Shown here: positions 30,411-39,450 of the stretch, piece after piece
Position numbering within the stretch: position 1 is the stretch's first letter
Layout of the letters: each line of letters begins with the position of its first letter
Assembly (NCBI GenBank): GCA_963815195.1
Contig: CAWFGE010000017.1
Span: 128,001 to 192,000 of the forward strand
Length of the DNA: 64,000 bases
Source of the DNA: an uncultured Planctomycetaceae bacterium
Lineage (GTDB): Bacteria; Planctomycetota; Planctomycetia; Planctomycetales; Planctomycetaceae
Direction: 5' to 3'
Program-made: the position numbers and the translations under genes
The notes under the pieces: generated by a model
What the model was told of the DNA's origin: nothing
The model's database searches: none
Seen by the model: the letters and a program-made list of their open reading frames with translations, nothing else

Positions 30411-31860
30411 ATGCCCACAAACCATTTTCGCATGATGCGGCTGTTGGCGATGACGGGGCTGTTGATGCTGGTGACGTTTACGTCGGCCAAAGCGCAAGAG
30501 CCGCCGGTGAATCCCAACGTGACGGACATTGAACTTCCGCCGAAACAGCCGGCCGAGCTCGAGCCGCCCAGTCAGTTGGCCGTGCCGGAAATCGATTATC
30601 CCGACTGCGGTCCCGCGCCGGGGGCGTGGTATCCGCCGGTGTATTATCCCAATCCGACTTTGGGCTGCCCCACGGGCGTTGTGCACCGGGACTGGTGGCG
30701 GGAGACGACCTTGTGCCATCACATCCGTCACCGCCAGCGGATGCTGGAAAAAGACGATCTCTGGCGGGCCCAAAACGCCGGCCAGCCCACCTGCTGTCCG
30801 CCGCCGTCTTGCTGGGGCCATTATGACGACTGCTGCCCCGGCATCGGCTCGCGTTCGCGGTGTTTCGGTTTGAACTGGTTCGGCCTCGGTCGGAAGTGCG
30901 GCTTTTGCGGAAGCTCGTGCGGCGAAATGCCCTGCTCCCAACCTCCGGCCACGGGATGCCAGGCCGGTCCCGCGCCCGTTGGCGAGGAAACCTCGGCCCT
31001 GGAGCCGATCACTCCCGCCGCGTTCGCTCCCGAACCATTGACGGACGGGCAAACCTCGGGGGCCGTCGCAATCCTGGCGGTCGAGCAAATCGTGGAGACC
31101 GGCCCAGCGGAAGGCATCCAACTCGTGGGGCACGAACAGTCCCCATACGCGGGCGTTGAATCGGCGGGGTATTGCACCGTCAGCGACAGATGCACCCAAG
31201 GCAGCCTGCACCCAAGGCGGCTGCCGAGGATACGGCTCCGGCGGCTGGGCGAACTCCGCTCGTTGCCCGCTGATTTCCCGCTCGCATTTGTGCCCGCCCT
31301 GGTGCAAGACCCGCGGATCGGAATACTGCTACGACGACGGCTTCTGCGAATGGGACGACTGCCAAGAAGACCATTGCGACTGCATCTTCTGCCGGATGTG
31401 CTACTGCTGCAAGCTCCCCTACTGCCATCTGTGCAACTGCCTGTATGCGGACTGCCATTTGTGCAAATGCCTGTATGCCGAAGGCCCTTACCGCCGCGGC
31501 GAGCGGGGCGGCTGGCATCGCGAGGTTCCGGCCATCGGCTGCTACTACATGGCCTATCCCGTGAACCCCTATCATTTCGATCAACGGGACGGGCGGATTT
31601 ACGCGGCCCAGGGCTACGGACACCCGGTCGCCGTGCCGCTCGCGCCGAACGTCGAGCACACCTACAACTACGGATGGGGCATTCCTTCGAGCCGATTGTC
31701 GCCCGTGTCGCGGATGCCCGGCGCTCCCGGCGTCGCGAATCCCGCCGCGCCCAATGCCGCCGGTCCGGGCGTGTTTCCGCCGGGGTATCTCGCACCGCGG
31801 ATCGTTCCCGGCAGCATCAGAATTGTCCCGGAAGAAAATGCCTCCACGGAAGCCAAATAG
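30411..31860 (+). CDS. Secreted Cys-rich hypothetical protein (~482 aa), frameshift near 31206
   Basis: Signal peptide. One extra C inside the tandem TGCACCCAAGGC repeat joins the ORF 29724 frame to the ORF 31156 frame. C-terminus AYPVNPYHFDQRDGRIYAAQGYG...YNYGWGIPSSRL. Confidence 0.75.
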
Positions 31861-31983
31861 TCACCATCTATTGTTGATTCAACATCTCCGTTCCAGGCCT
31901 CCCACGCGGAGGGAAGATTTTTAGAATCCGCCCCCCGTCGTGCGGAGTGCCTTGGAGCGGATATTGGATTTGTCTTGAAGGCC

Positions 31984-32132
31984 GCAAAGGCCACAGAGGA
32001 GCAAAGGCCACAAAGTGGTGGATTCTAAAAGTTGGTGGATTCCCAAAGTTGGTGGATTCCCCAAAAGTCGAATGCCTCGATTGCAAAGGTTTTGTCCCCT
32101 CTCCCCTTGGGGGAGAGGGTTAGGGTGAGGGG
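31984..32132. repeat. Mosaic of short tandem repeats plus a CCCCTCTCCC-type palindrome
   Basis: GCAAAGGCCACA x2; AAAGT(T)GGTGGATTC x3 (32012-32068); CCCCTCTCCCCTTGGGGGAGAGGG at ~32096. Confidence 0.65.
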
Positions 32133-32239
32133 CGGAAGGTGAGAGTCTTTACAAATTCAATTTCGACGCCACAAACTCGCCCGCATCCATCCCTCCATGT
32201 CTCTTTTTTTGATCGAATCCTTTCCCCCAGGAATAACGC

Positions 32240-33083
32240 GATGCCCAAAATTACCGTTCACCTTGCACTTGCCCTGGCAATGGCCGGCGTCAGCCTGGGC
32301 GAAGCGATCCCCGTGAATGCTCAAGACAGCGATGTGGGCGAAGTCACCATCACCGACTCCCGCCCGGAGCCGATCACGGAATCGGAACCCTTGCCCATCC
32401 CCGGCGAGGGAACCGCGGAGCAATCGCCCGCCGGCATGGCGGATTATGCTCCCTATGCCCTGGCGAATTATGGCGGCCAAGGTTCCCCCCCAATGCCGGG
32501 CGGCGGCACGCCGATTCACGACAAGCACTGGTACGGCTACGTCAATCAGGGCCCGTGGATGCGGCCGATTCGCCGGCCGCTTTACCGTGTTCCGGTGCAA
32601 TACGCCCGCTACTGGCCGAGCTCGTATTACACGGGAGGCTATAGTCCCGCCGCCCGTTACGCCCAGCCGCTGCCGATGGTCTATCAACCCACGGACACGA
32701 CGCAGTTGGGCTTTTATCATCAGCGCGTCCCGCAATGGCAGCCGCGCCCCGATGCGATCCCCGGACCGCCCTGGCCTCCCGCCTGGCATTACGCGATCCC
32801 GGTCCGCTACGGGACCTATCGCTATCCCTGGGGGCAGCGGCCAGGCATGGATGGCTACGCCGGCTCTGGTGGATGGAATAATCACGGCCTCGGCGGCCCG
32901 GCCAACGATCCCAATGGCATCGCAGGCATGCCCTATGGCGCCGCCATGCCCTATGCGACCGACATGTCCGGGACGATGTCCGAGGGCGGTTCGCAAATCA
33001 TCGAATCCTCGCCCGCAACCGACGGCGGCACCAGCGGAATCATCGAAGCCCCCAACCCGCTGCCCACCGACGCCGGCAACTGA
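32240..33083 (+). CDS. Secreted Pro/Tyr/Gly-rich hypothetical protein
   Basis: Signal peptide; RVPVQYARYWP, LPMVYQPTDTTQLGFYHQRVPQWQP. Confidence 0.8.
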
Positions 33084-33099
33084 CGGCCGTGCGCGGGCA

Positions 33100-33128
33100 T
33101 TGACGGGCGCGAGATTGGAATCTATAGT
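33100..33128 (+). promoter_or_regulatory. sigma70-type promoter
   Basis: TTGACG-N17-TATAGT. Confidence 0.7.
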
Positions 33129-33172
33129 TTCCCTGTCAGTGATTACGAATGTCACTCATCCGAGCAACGACT

Positions 33173-33215
33173 GCCCTTTTGGTTCCCCCGTGCGAACCAA
33201 GAGGGCGTTTTTTTT
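33173..33215 (+). terminator. Intrinsic terminator
   Basis: GCCCTTTTGGTTC-loop-GAACCAAGAGGGC followed by G and a T8 run. Confidence 0.8.
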
Positions 33216-33277
33216 GCCTGACGGCGCGAGTGACGGAACGATTCCGCGGTTTTTAAGCGGGCTGTTGGGGAATTCCT

Positions 33278-34861
33278 ATGTTGTACCGATGGTTGGCGGC
33301 AATTTTTGTGTCGGCGGCGTTTTTGGTTCCGGGGCCGGCGCGTGGCGAAGACTGCGTCCGCGTCGAAGCCTTCGTCCGCGGGGACTCGGCTCAGAGCCAA
33401 AAGGCGGTGAAATTCCTGAGTGCCTTGAAGAGCCGTTGGCCGGGGTTGGCGGTGCAGATTTCGGATGTCCAAAAGGACAAGGACGCACTGCTCCGGGCGC
33501 ACCAGCTTCTCCAGCAATACCAGATCAAAACGCCGGGGGTGCCCATTGTTCATGCTGCGGGCCAATTGCTTGTCGGCTACCGGGATGACGCCAGCACCGG
33601 CCAACAGATCGAGGACATGCTGACGATCCACGCCTACACCCGCGAAGGCTGTCCGCACTGCGCCAAGGCGAAACGGTTCCTGGCGAAGATGAAACAGAAA
33701 TACCCCGGCTTTCACATCCAGATTCACGAAATCACTCGCGATCCGAACGCCCTCGCGGAACTTCAAGACCTGACTCGGCGGCACAACATGCTCGCCACCA
33801 GCGTGCCGGTGCTGTATTTCTGCGGGCAGATTATGGTCGGCTATGACGAGGACGAGACGACCGGCGTCCGCATCGAGGATCGGCTGCGGGAGAACTGCGT
33901 CCGCTGCGAAGACGGTCCTCCGCTTCGAGGGGCTTCCGACCGCGGAGTGATGACGATGGCGTCCTACAATTCCCGCACGGAAACCGGGTCCGAAGATGCC
34001 CAACCCGAAACGGAACCGGGAAACGACGAACCCTCTTTGGAGGAAGTCCCGCTGACGGAATTGCCCGAAGCGGACAACAGCGGCCCCACCGTGGCGACCG
34101 CCCCGAAAGAAGAACGCCCCCACGAAATCGAACTCCCCTGGTTCGGGACAGTGAGCGCGGAGGCCATCGGCATGCCCTTGTTCACAATCGCCGTGGGCCT
34201 GGTGGACGGCTTCAATCCGTGCGCGATGTGGGTGCTGCTGTTTTTGTTGTCGGTGCTCGTCAATCTGCACGACCGCTGGAAAATCCTCGCGGTCGCGGGC
34301 ACGTTCGTCGTGATCAGCGGTTTGGCCTATTTTGCCTTCATGGCGGCCTGGCTCAACGTGTTTTTGTTCGTGGGCTATCTGCGGGCGGTGCAGATTGCGT
34401 TGGGGGTGTTGGCGTTATTTGTGGGGAGCGTGCACGTCAAGGATTTCTTTGCGTTTCACCAGGGCGTCTCGTTGTCCATTCCCGACTCGGCGAAACCCGG
34501 CATCTATGCGCGCGTGCGCGGGATCGTGACCGCCCAGCATTTGTGGGGCGCCTTGATCGGAGCCTCCGTCCTCGCGGTGCTGGTGAACATCATCGAACTG
34601 CTGTGCACGGCCGGTTTGCCGGCGCTTTACACTCAAATCCTCATGCTGCAGAAGCTGCCCGCGTGGGAGAACTATCTCTACCTGGCATTGTACAACGTGG
34701 CCTATATGTTCGACGATTCGGTGATGGTCGCCGTCGTGGTCGTCACGTTGGGGCGGCGCAAGCTCCAACAGCAGCAAGGCCGCTGGCTCAAGCTTGTCAG
34801 CGGGCTTGTGATCGTGCTGCTCGGCCTGGTGTTGTTGTTCAAACCGGCATGGCTGATTTAG
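33278..34861 (+). CDS. Glutaredoxin-like domains fused to a DsbD/CcdA-like membrane domain
   Basis: Signal peptide; first thioredoxin-like domain lacks CxxC, second has REGCPHC; transmembrane part with DGFNPCA and ELLCTAG. Confidence 0.85.
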   Translation: MLYRWLAAIFVSAAFLVPGPARGEDCVRVEAFVRGDSAQSQKAVKFLSALKSRWPGLAVQISDVQKDKDALLRAHQLLQQYQIKTPGVPIVHAAGQLLVGYRDDASTGQQIEDMLTIHAYTREGCPHCAKAKRFLAKMKQKYPGFHIQIHEITRDPNALAELQDLTRRHNMLATSVPVLYFCGQIMVGYDEDETTGVRIEDRLRENCVRCEDGPPLRGASDRGVMTMASYNSRTETGSEDAQPETEPGNDEPSLEEVPLTELPEADNSGPTVATAPKEERPHEIELPWFGTVSAEAIGMPLFTIAVGLVDGFNPCAMWVLLFLLSVLVNLHDRWKILAVAGTFVVISGLAYFAFMAAWLNVFLFVGYLRAVQIALGVLALFVGSVHVKDFFAFHQGVSLSIPDSAKPGIYARVRGIVTAQHLWGALIGASVLAVLVNIIELLCTAGLPALYTQILMLQKLPAWENYLYLALYNVAYMFDDSVMVAVVVVTLGRRKLQQQQGRWLKLVSGLVIVLLGLVLLFKPAWLI

Positions 34862-34871
34862 TTCCCGCGGT

Positions 34872-36444
34872 TTACATCGGCGCGGCGGGGTTGGATTCCG
34901 GCGCGGAACTCGGCGCGGCTTCTTCTTCCGGTTGCTCCAGGCGGACGAGGAGCCAGTTTTCGGTCTTTTCCTTGCCGAAGTGCACCAGCAGCGGGGCCTC
35001 GTTTTGGGTGAGGTTGTAAAGCCCGGTTTCCGCGACGATGTCTTCGCTGTCGCCGATCCGGAACGCAACCCGCTGCGTGTCCTTGTCCACCTGGCCTTGC
35101 ACCGTTTGGGCTTCGTCGGTTTCGGTGTTGTAGAGCGTTCCGCTGACGACCCCCTGCCGATCCACGGCCAGTTGAATGATCCGCGTGGGATTTACGTCCT
35201 TCTCGTTCGCCGAAACGCCGAACGTGCCCAGGGGCATCCATTCCGCTTGCTCGGCGGCTTCCTGGTTGGGTGGCGGCGCGACGGTGGCGAGTGCCGCGGC
35301 GGATTGGGCGAACTCGTCCGCGGTCGCGACGGGTTGGTTGTCGATATAAACCATGCTGTTCTGATAGACCACGTTTCCGCCGGGGCCGTAATCGTAGTAA
35401 ACCGGCTGCGTCCAGACGCCTGCGGGCGCGGTCCAGGCGAACCAATTCGTCAGGCCGACGAACGTGGGCACGCCCCACCAATAGGTCCACGGGTAGCGGT
35501 TGAACCGATAGCCGTAATGCCAGCCAGAGAGCGCGTGGGGATGCCGGTTCCACCAGTTGTTGTTGAACCAGCCGTAGCGGGCGTAATTCCCCCAGTGGCT
35601 CCGCACGCCGTTGCCCCAGCCGTGCCAATACGCGGTGCGGGCGGGGAACCGGGTGTTCCAGTTGCGCAGGCCGCCCAACTGGTTCTGCCAGCGGGTGTTG
35701 ATGGAGTTGACGCGGTTGTTATTGATGTTGACCCACGTCGGCCGGTTGTTGATCACGCGGTTGCCGGCATTGACGTTTCCGAGATTGATGGGCCGATTGA
35801 TCCCGGCGTTCACGCGGTTGCCGGCATTCACGCGATTTCCGAAGCGGTTCTGGTCGATCACGCCGGGCCGGGTGCCGGGGGCGATGGGGCGGTCCATGCC
35901 TAAAAAGTCGCCCAAACCGCCCGGCGTCGGGCGATTGCCGGCCGGCCGGTTGCCGCCGATGTTGGAGAAGTTCGGCCGCGAGTCGCCGCCCAAATGGGGC
36001 ACGCTGGGACGCGTGGCGGGCAGCGTGGTCGGGCGATTGCCCGGGCGGGAGACGTAGGGATTGTCCATCACCTGGGATCGCGAAATGTTGGAGCGAGAGG
36101 ATTCCGCAGGCCGAAAGCCTCCCCCGCTGGAGAATTGCGTACGGGACCCGGACGGCCGGCTCACCGCGGAGGGCCGATTGAATTCTCCTCCGCTGAATTG
36201 CGGCCGGGAGATCGACCTCGATCCGCCCAGGTTGGAAACGCTGGGACGGGATTGAATCTGGGACCCGCTGAAAGAGCGCCCGCCACCCGGGTTCATCTGC
36301 GCCTCCGCCGCCAGCGCGGAATCCGCCGCCACCGCCGCGAAATCCACCACCGCCGCCGCCGCCGCGAAATCCCCAGCCATAGGCATTCGGTCCGGCCGAG
36401 AGGATTCCCAACAACACCACGACACTTAGAAGCTTGATTTTCAT
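34872..36444 (-). CDS. Secreted low-complexity (RGG / Asn-Trp-rich) protein of the planctomycete 'mu-protocadherin-like' type, frameshift near 36300
   Basis: Signal peptide MKIKLLSVVVLLGIL in one frame. The body (…YYDYGPGGNVVY…EWMPLGTF…VDKDTQRVAF…ETGLYNLTQNEAPLLVHFG) is in ORF 34872..36425. Confidence 0.75.
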
Positions 36445-36460
36445 GGTTGGTCTCCGTCGT

Positions 36461-37417
36461 TCAATTGTTGGGCGTTTTTTTGGGGTCAGTTTCGCTCTGA
36501 GGTGTTTCCTCCGCGGCGCGGACCATCGTCACGGGTTCGCTGGCCGGTTGCGGGGTGCCCTCGATGGCATGGCCGATCAACTGCAAGCCGAGGGTGTCGT
36601 CGCCGGTTTTTGTCAGCACATAAGTTCCCGAAGCGGCCCGTCCGTCGGCCAGGGTTTGCGCGGATTTGATCAGCCAATCGCTTCCGTTTTTGGACCAGAT
36701 TCCTTCGCCGAAGGAACCGTCCGCGTTAAAGACCCACGAGCGGATGTGCCGGGCCCGCGGGTCCCAACCGATGATCTGTGTGCCTTCCTGGGCCGCCCCC
36801 GCGTCGGTGTGCACCGTGAAGGACCTGAGCAGAAAATTCTTGTTGGCGGACCAGCGGACGGCCGTTTCCACACGGGCGGTCTTGGCGTCATCGATCCAGC
36901 GGCCGACGAACCATTCCAAATCTTGGAGGGCCTCGTGGGCGGTTTGAGGTTCCGGAACGGCCGACTCTTCCAGGGACGCAATTTGCCAGCGACCGGCGTT
37001 CTGGACGAGAATCGCCGAGAACAAGGCCGCCTGCGGTTCGTGGGTGGGGCTGCTCATCACGGTTTGTCCCTCAACGTGGGCCACGTTGCCCGTGATGTAT
37101 TTGATGCGATCCACGGTGCCGGCCAGCTTCTGCTTCGGTTGTTTGGCAAACGCCGACTTCAAATCGGACGCGAGGGCGTCGCGGCCTTCGATTCGCTCGC
37201 CGGTGTCGCGGGCCAGATAACTGCAATCCTCGGCCCACGCCTGGGCCGCCTTGTCCAGGTCCTTTTTATTGAAGGCCTCTGCGTAGGATTTCACGAACGC
37301 CTTGACCGTCTCGTCGCGCGGATCGGTTTTCGGCTGCGAGGTCTGTGCGTTCGCGCGGGGAAGGGTTCCGCCGAGAATCATTATTGGGAGGAGCGTGAGT
37401 CCAAGGAGTCGAAACAT
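36461..37417 (-). CDS. Secreted NTF2-like (SnoaL/DUF4440, SgcJ/EcaC-type) protein
   Basis: Signal peptide; YAEAFNKKD...IEGRDAL...WQIASLEE; LEWFVGRW; QIIGWDP...IRSWVF. Confidence 0.85.
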   Translation of the reverse strand: MFRLLGLTLLPIMILGGTLPRANAQTSQPKTDPRDETVKAFVKSYAEAFNKKDLDKAAQAWAEDCSYLARDTGERIEGRDALASDLKSAFAKQPKQKLAGTVDRIKYITGNVAHVEGQTVMSSPTHEPQAALFSAILVQNAGRWQIASLEESAVPEPQTAHEALQDLEWFVGRWIDDAKTARVETAVRWSANKNFLLRSFTVHTDAGAAQEGTQIIGWDPRARHIRSWVFNADGSFGEGIWSKNGSDWLIKSAQTLADGRAASGTYVLTKTGDDTLGLQLIGHAIEGTPQPASEPVTMVRAAEETPQSETDPKKTPNN

Positions 37418-37566
37418 CGCAAGTCTTTCCTCAACAGAGTGAAGGTTCCCGGACCGAATCCAGACGGCCTGAGCCGAGATGGTGACGCAATTATAGCGGA
37501 ATCCACGCGGATGCCAGATGGGATTGCAAGGATTTTCTCCGACGGCAAATGAGGTGGAAAAACGTT

Positions 37567-37596
37567 TTGACAACCGGCCTGGTTCCGTGTTAAAGT
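37567..37596 (+). promoter_or_regulatory. sigma70-type promoter with extended -10
   Basis: TTGACA-N18-TAAAGT with TG at the extended -10 position. Confidence 0.45.
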
Positions 37597-37743
37597 CAAT
37601 CATCAACCTCTGCTAATGATGGCGGATGGGTTTGTGGCACTGTTGCCTTTCGCTGCCCAAGCGGTAACGAGGGGCTTTTTTCGTTTTGATGCCCCGCGTT
37701 TTGTTCCCGCCCGTTTCACCCCGCCCCGTTCAGGAGTCACACC

Positions 37744-38084
37744 ATGTCCCCCGCCGACCGCGCCCTGCGCATGTGTATTTTCGGGACATCGAGGCGTGTC
37801 CTTTCGCCCGCACGTGCGGGTATGCGAGATTCTGCGTGTACCGGGGACAGAACGCCCACCGCCACGCCAACCGGGTGCGGGAGATTCAAGCCGTGGCCTT
37901 CACCGCGGTGCAAGCGATGCTGGGAGTGTTGCTGTTTGTGATCGGGGCGGCGCTGTCCTTGACATTGTTTTTGGTTCCCGTTGGGCTGCTTTTGGCCTTG
38001 TTGGGAATCGTGCTGTTGACCTACCGGGCCGCGGGTGCGGGGGGGTTCTTCAAAAGAAAAGAACCGCCCGACGGCGGAACGTGA
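37744..38084 (+). CDS. Small two-helix membrane protein, probable 1-nt indel in a C-run just after the start
   Basis: AGGAG SD then ATG 37744; one extra C would join it to the ORF 37686 frame (CPFARTCGYARFC plus two TM helices). Confidence 0.5.
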
Positions 38085-38292
38085 CAAACAAGGCGGGCGG
38101 TTTGGCGAAACTTTGCGGGGGGTCCAAAGCGGCCTTGCGGATCGTACCGGGAATCTCCTGATCAAACGGGTCCGCTGGGGAGCCTCCTGACGATCATCTT
38201 CTTGTATCACCCTGAAACGTCCACACCTTTTCGGTGGGAATCGCCTGGGAAAGGTGTGGCGTTTTTCGGTGAGCGTGCATCCAACCACCCAG

Positions 38293-38333
38293 AAAAACGC
38301 CGCATTTCCACCCCAGGGGATGCGGCGTTTTTT
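38293..38333. terminator. Bidirectional terminator between convergent genes
   Basis: AAAAACGCCGCAT...ATGCGGCGTTTTT. Confidence 0.8.
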
Positions 38334-38363
38334 GGTGGGAGGGAGACTTTCGGCTTCGGGGAA

Positions 38364-39152
38364 TCAGGCTGCGTTCTCGTGGAGTTGGATCATCGTGAAC
38401 GTCCCGCCCTTGGGGTCCGAGACGACCGCCACCCGGCCCACGGGGATTTCAAAAATCGGCACACAGGTGTTGCCGCCCGCTTCCCCCAACCGGTTTACGC
38501 TCTGGTCGATGTCGTCCACGGAAAAATACACCATCCAATGCGGCGGAGCCTGGCCCCAGCGGTCGTCCATCTGGATGATCCCGCCGATTTTGCGGTCTTG
38601 GTTGACGATGTGGGCATAAGGCAACTCGGAACCGGGATTGGCTTCATATTCCCAACCCAAGAGATTCCCGAAGAACGACTTGGCGGAGTCCAGGTCGCGG
38701 GTCGCCAGTTCGTTCCAGCAGAACGTGCCGGGCACGTTGACGAGGTCCGCCCCGTGGTGCTGGTTCTTTTGCCAAAGCCCCACGATGCCGCCCGTCGGAT
38801 CCTGGAGGAACGACATCCAGCCGTGGTCCATGATTTGCATAATAGGCATGGTCAATCGGCCGCCGAGTTCCGCCGCTTGCTTCGCGGTAGCGTCCAGGTT
38901 GTCCACGTTGATGTAACTGCTCCACATCGGCGGCAGGCCTTGGGACTTCATCTCCGCCGGCATCTGTCCCATTCCCGCCACCGTTTGCCCATCGAGTTCA
39001 AACTGGGCATAAGGCGGACCGCCTTGGGTGTCGAGGTCCTTCGTGGTCCAGCCGAACAGCGATTCGTAAAATTGCCGGTCCGCCGCCGTGTCGTGGGCCG
39101 CCAAGTCCACCCAACAAAACTCCCCGTGTGCAAAATCCCGCTGGTCGGACAT
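38364..39152 (-). CDS. Two-domain VOC (glyoxalase/bleomycin-resistance) protein
   Basis: HGEFCWVDL...FYESLFGW; PGTFCWNELATRD; HWMVYFSVDD; DPKGG. Confidence 0.92.
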   Translation of the reverse strand: MSDQRDFAHGEFCWVDLAAHDTAADRQFYESLFGWTTKDLDTQGGPPYAQFELDGQTVAGMGQMPAEMKSQGLPPMWSSYINVDNLDATAKQAAELGGRLTMPIMQIMDHGWMSFLQDPTGGIVGLWQKNQHHGADLVNVPGTFCWNELATRDLDSAKSFFGNLLGWEYEANPGSELPYAHIVNQDRKIGGIIQMDDRWGQAPPHWMVYFSVDDIDQSVNRLGEAGGNTCVPIFEIPVGRVAVVSDPKGGTFTMIQLHENAA

Positions 39153-39450
39153 GTGGGATCCCCTCTGTGCCAAAAAGTGGAAAAAGAAAGATATATGTAC
39201 GTTAGTACAAATTGAGCTGGAATGCAAGAGTTTTTCTGGAAAACTTCACGAATGGGCGACGCGGAGGCATTGAACCCTTGAGAATCGATAAGAAATGGGA
39301 ACTTTCCCGCAAAGCCGAACGTCCATTTCCCGCGGGGATGCTACGCTTTGGCAGTTTCCCGCGGGGGCGAGTGGGCTCCCGTGCCAGCCGGCGGGCGTCT
39401 GCGTATCCTAGACCCTCACGAATCCGAGCGTTCAAACTGAGAGAGAGACC

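Noticed and set aside
29724..31877. 717-aa ORF as one gene
   Set aside because: Its N-terminus overlaps a better gene in another frame and its C-terminus is Arg-rich nonsense after the 31206 indel; only 30411-31205 is credible.
32012..32068. Three ~17-nt repeats as a mini-CRISPR
   Set aside because: The units are contiguous with no spacers and too short, and there are no cas genes.
33150..33172. CTCATCCGAG as the start of a SAM-I riboswitch
   Set aside because: The remaining P2-P4 consensus is absent, the region is too short, and the downstream gene is unrelated to sulfur/methionine metabolism.
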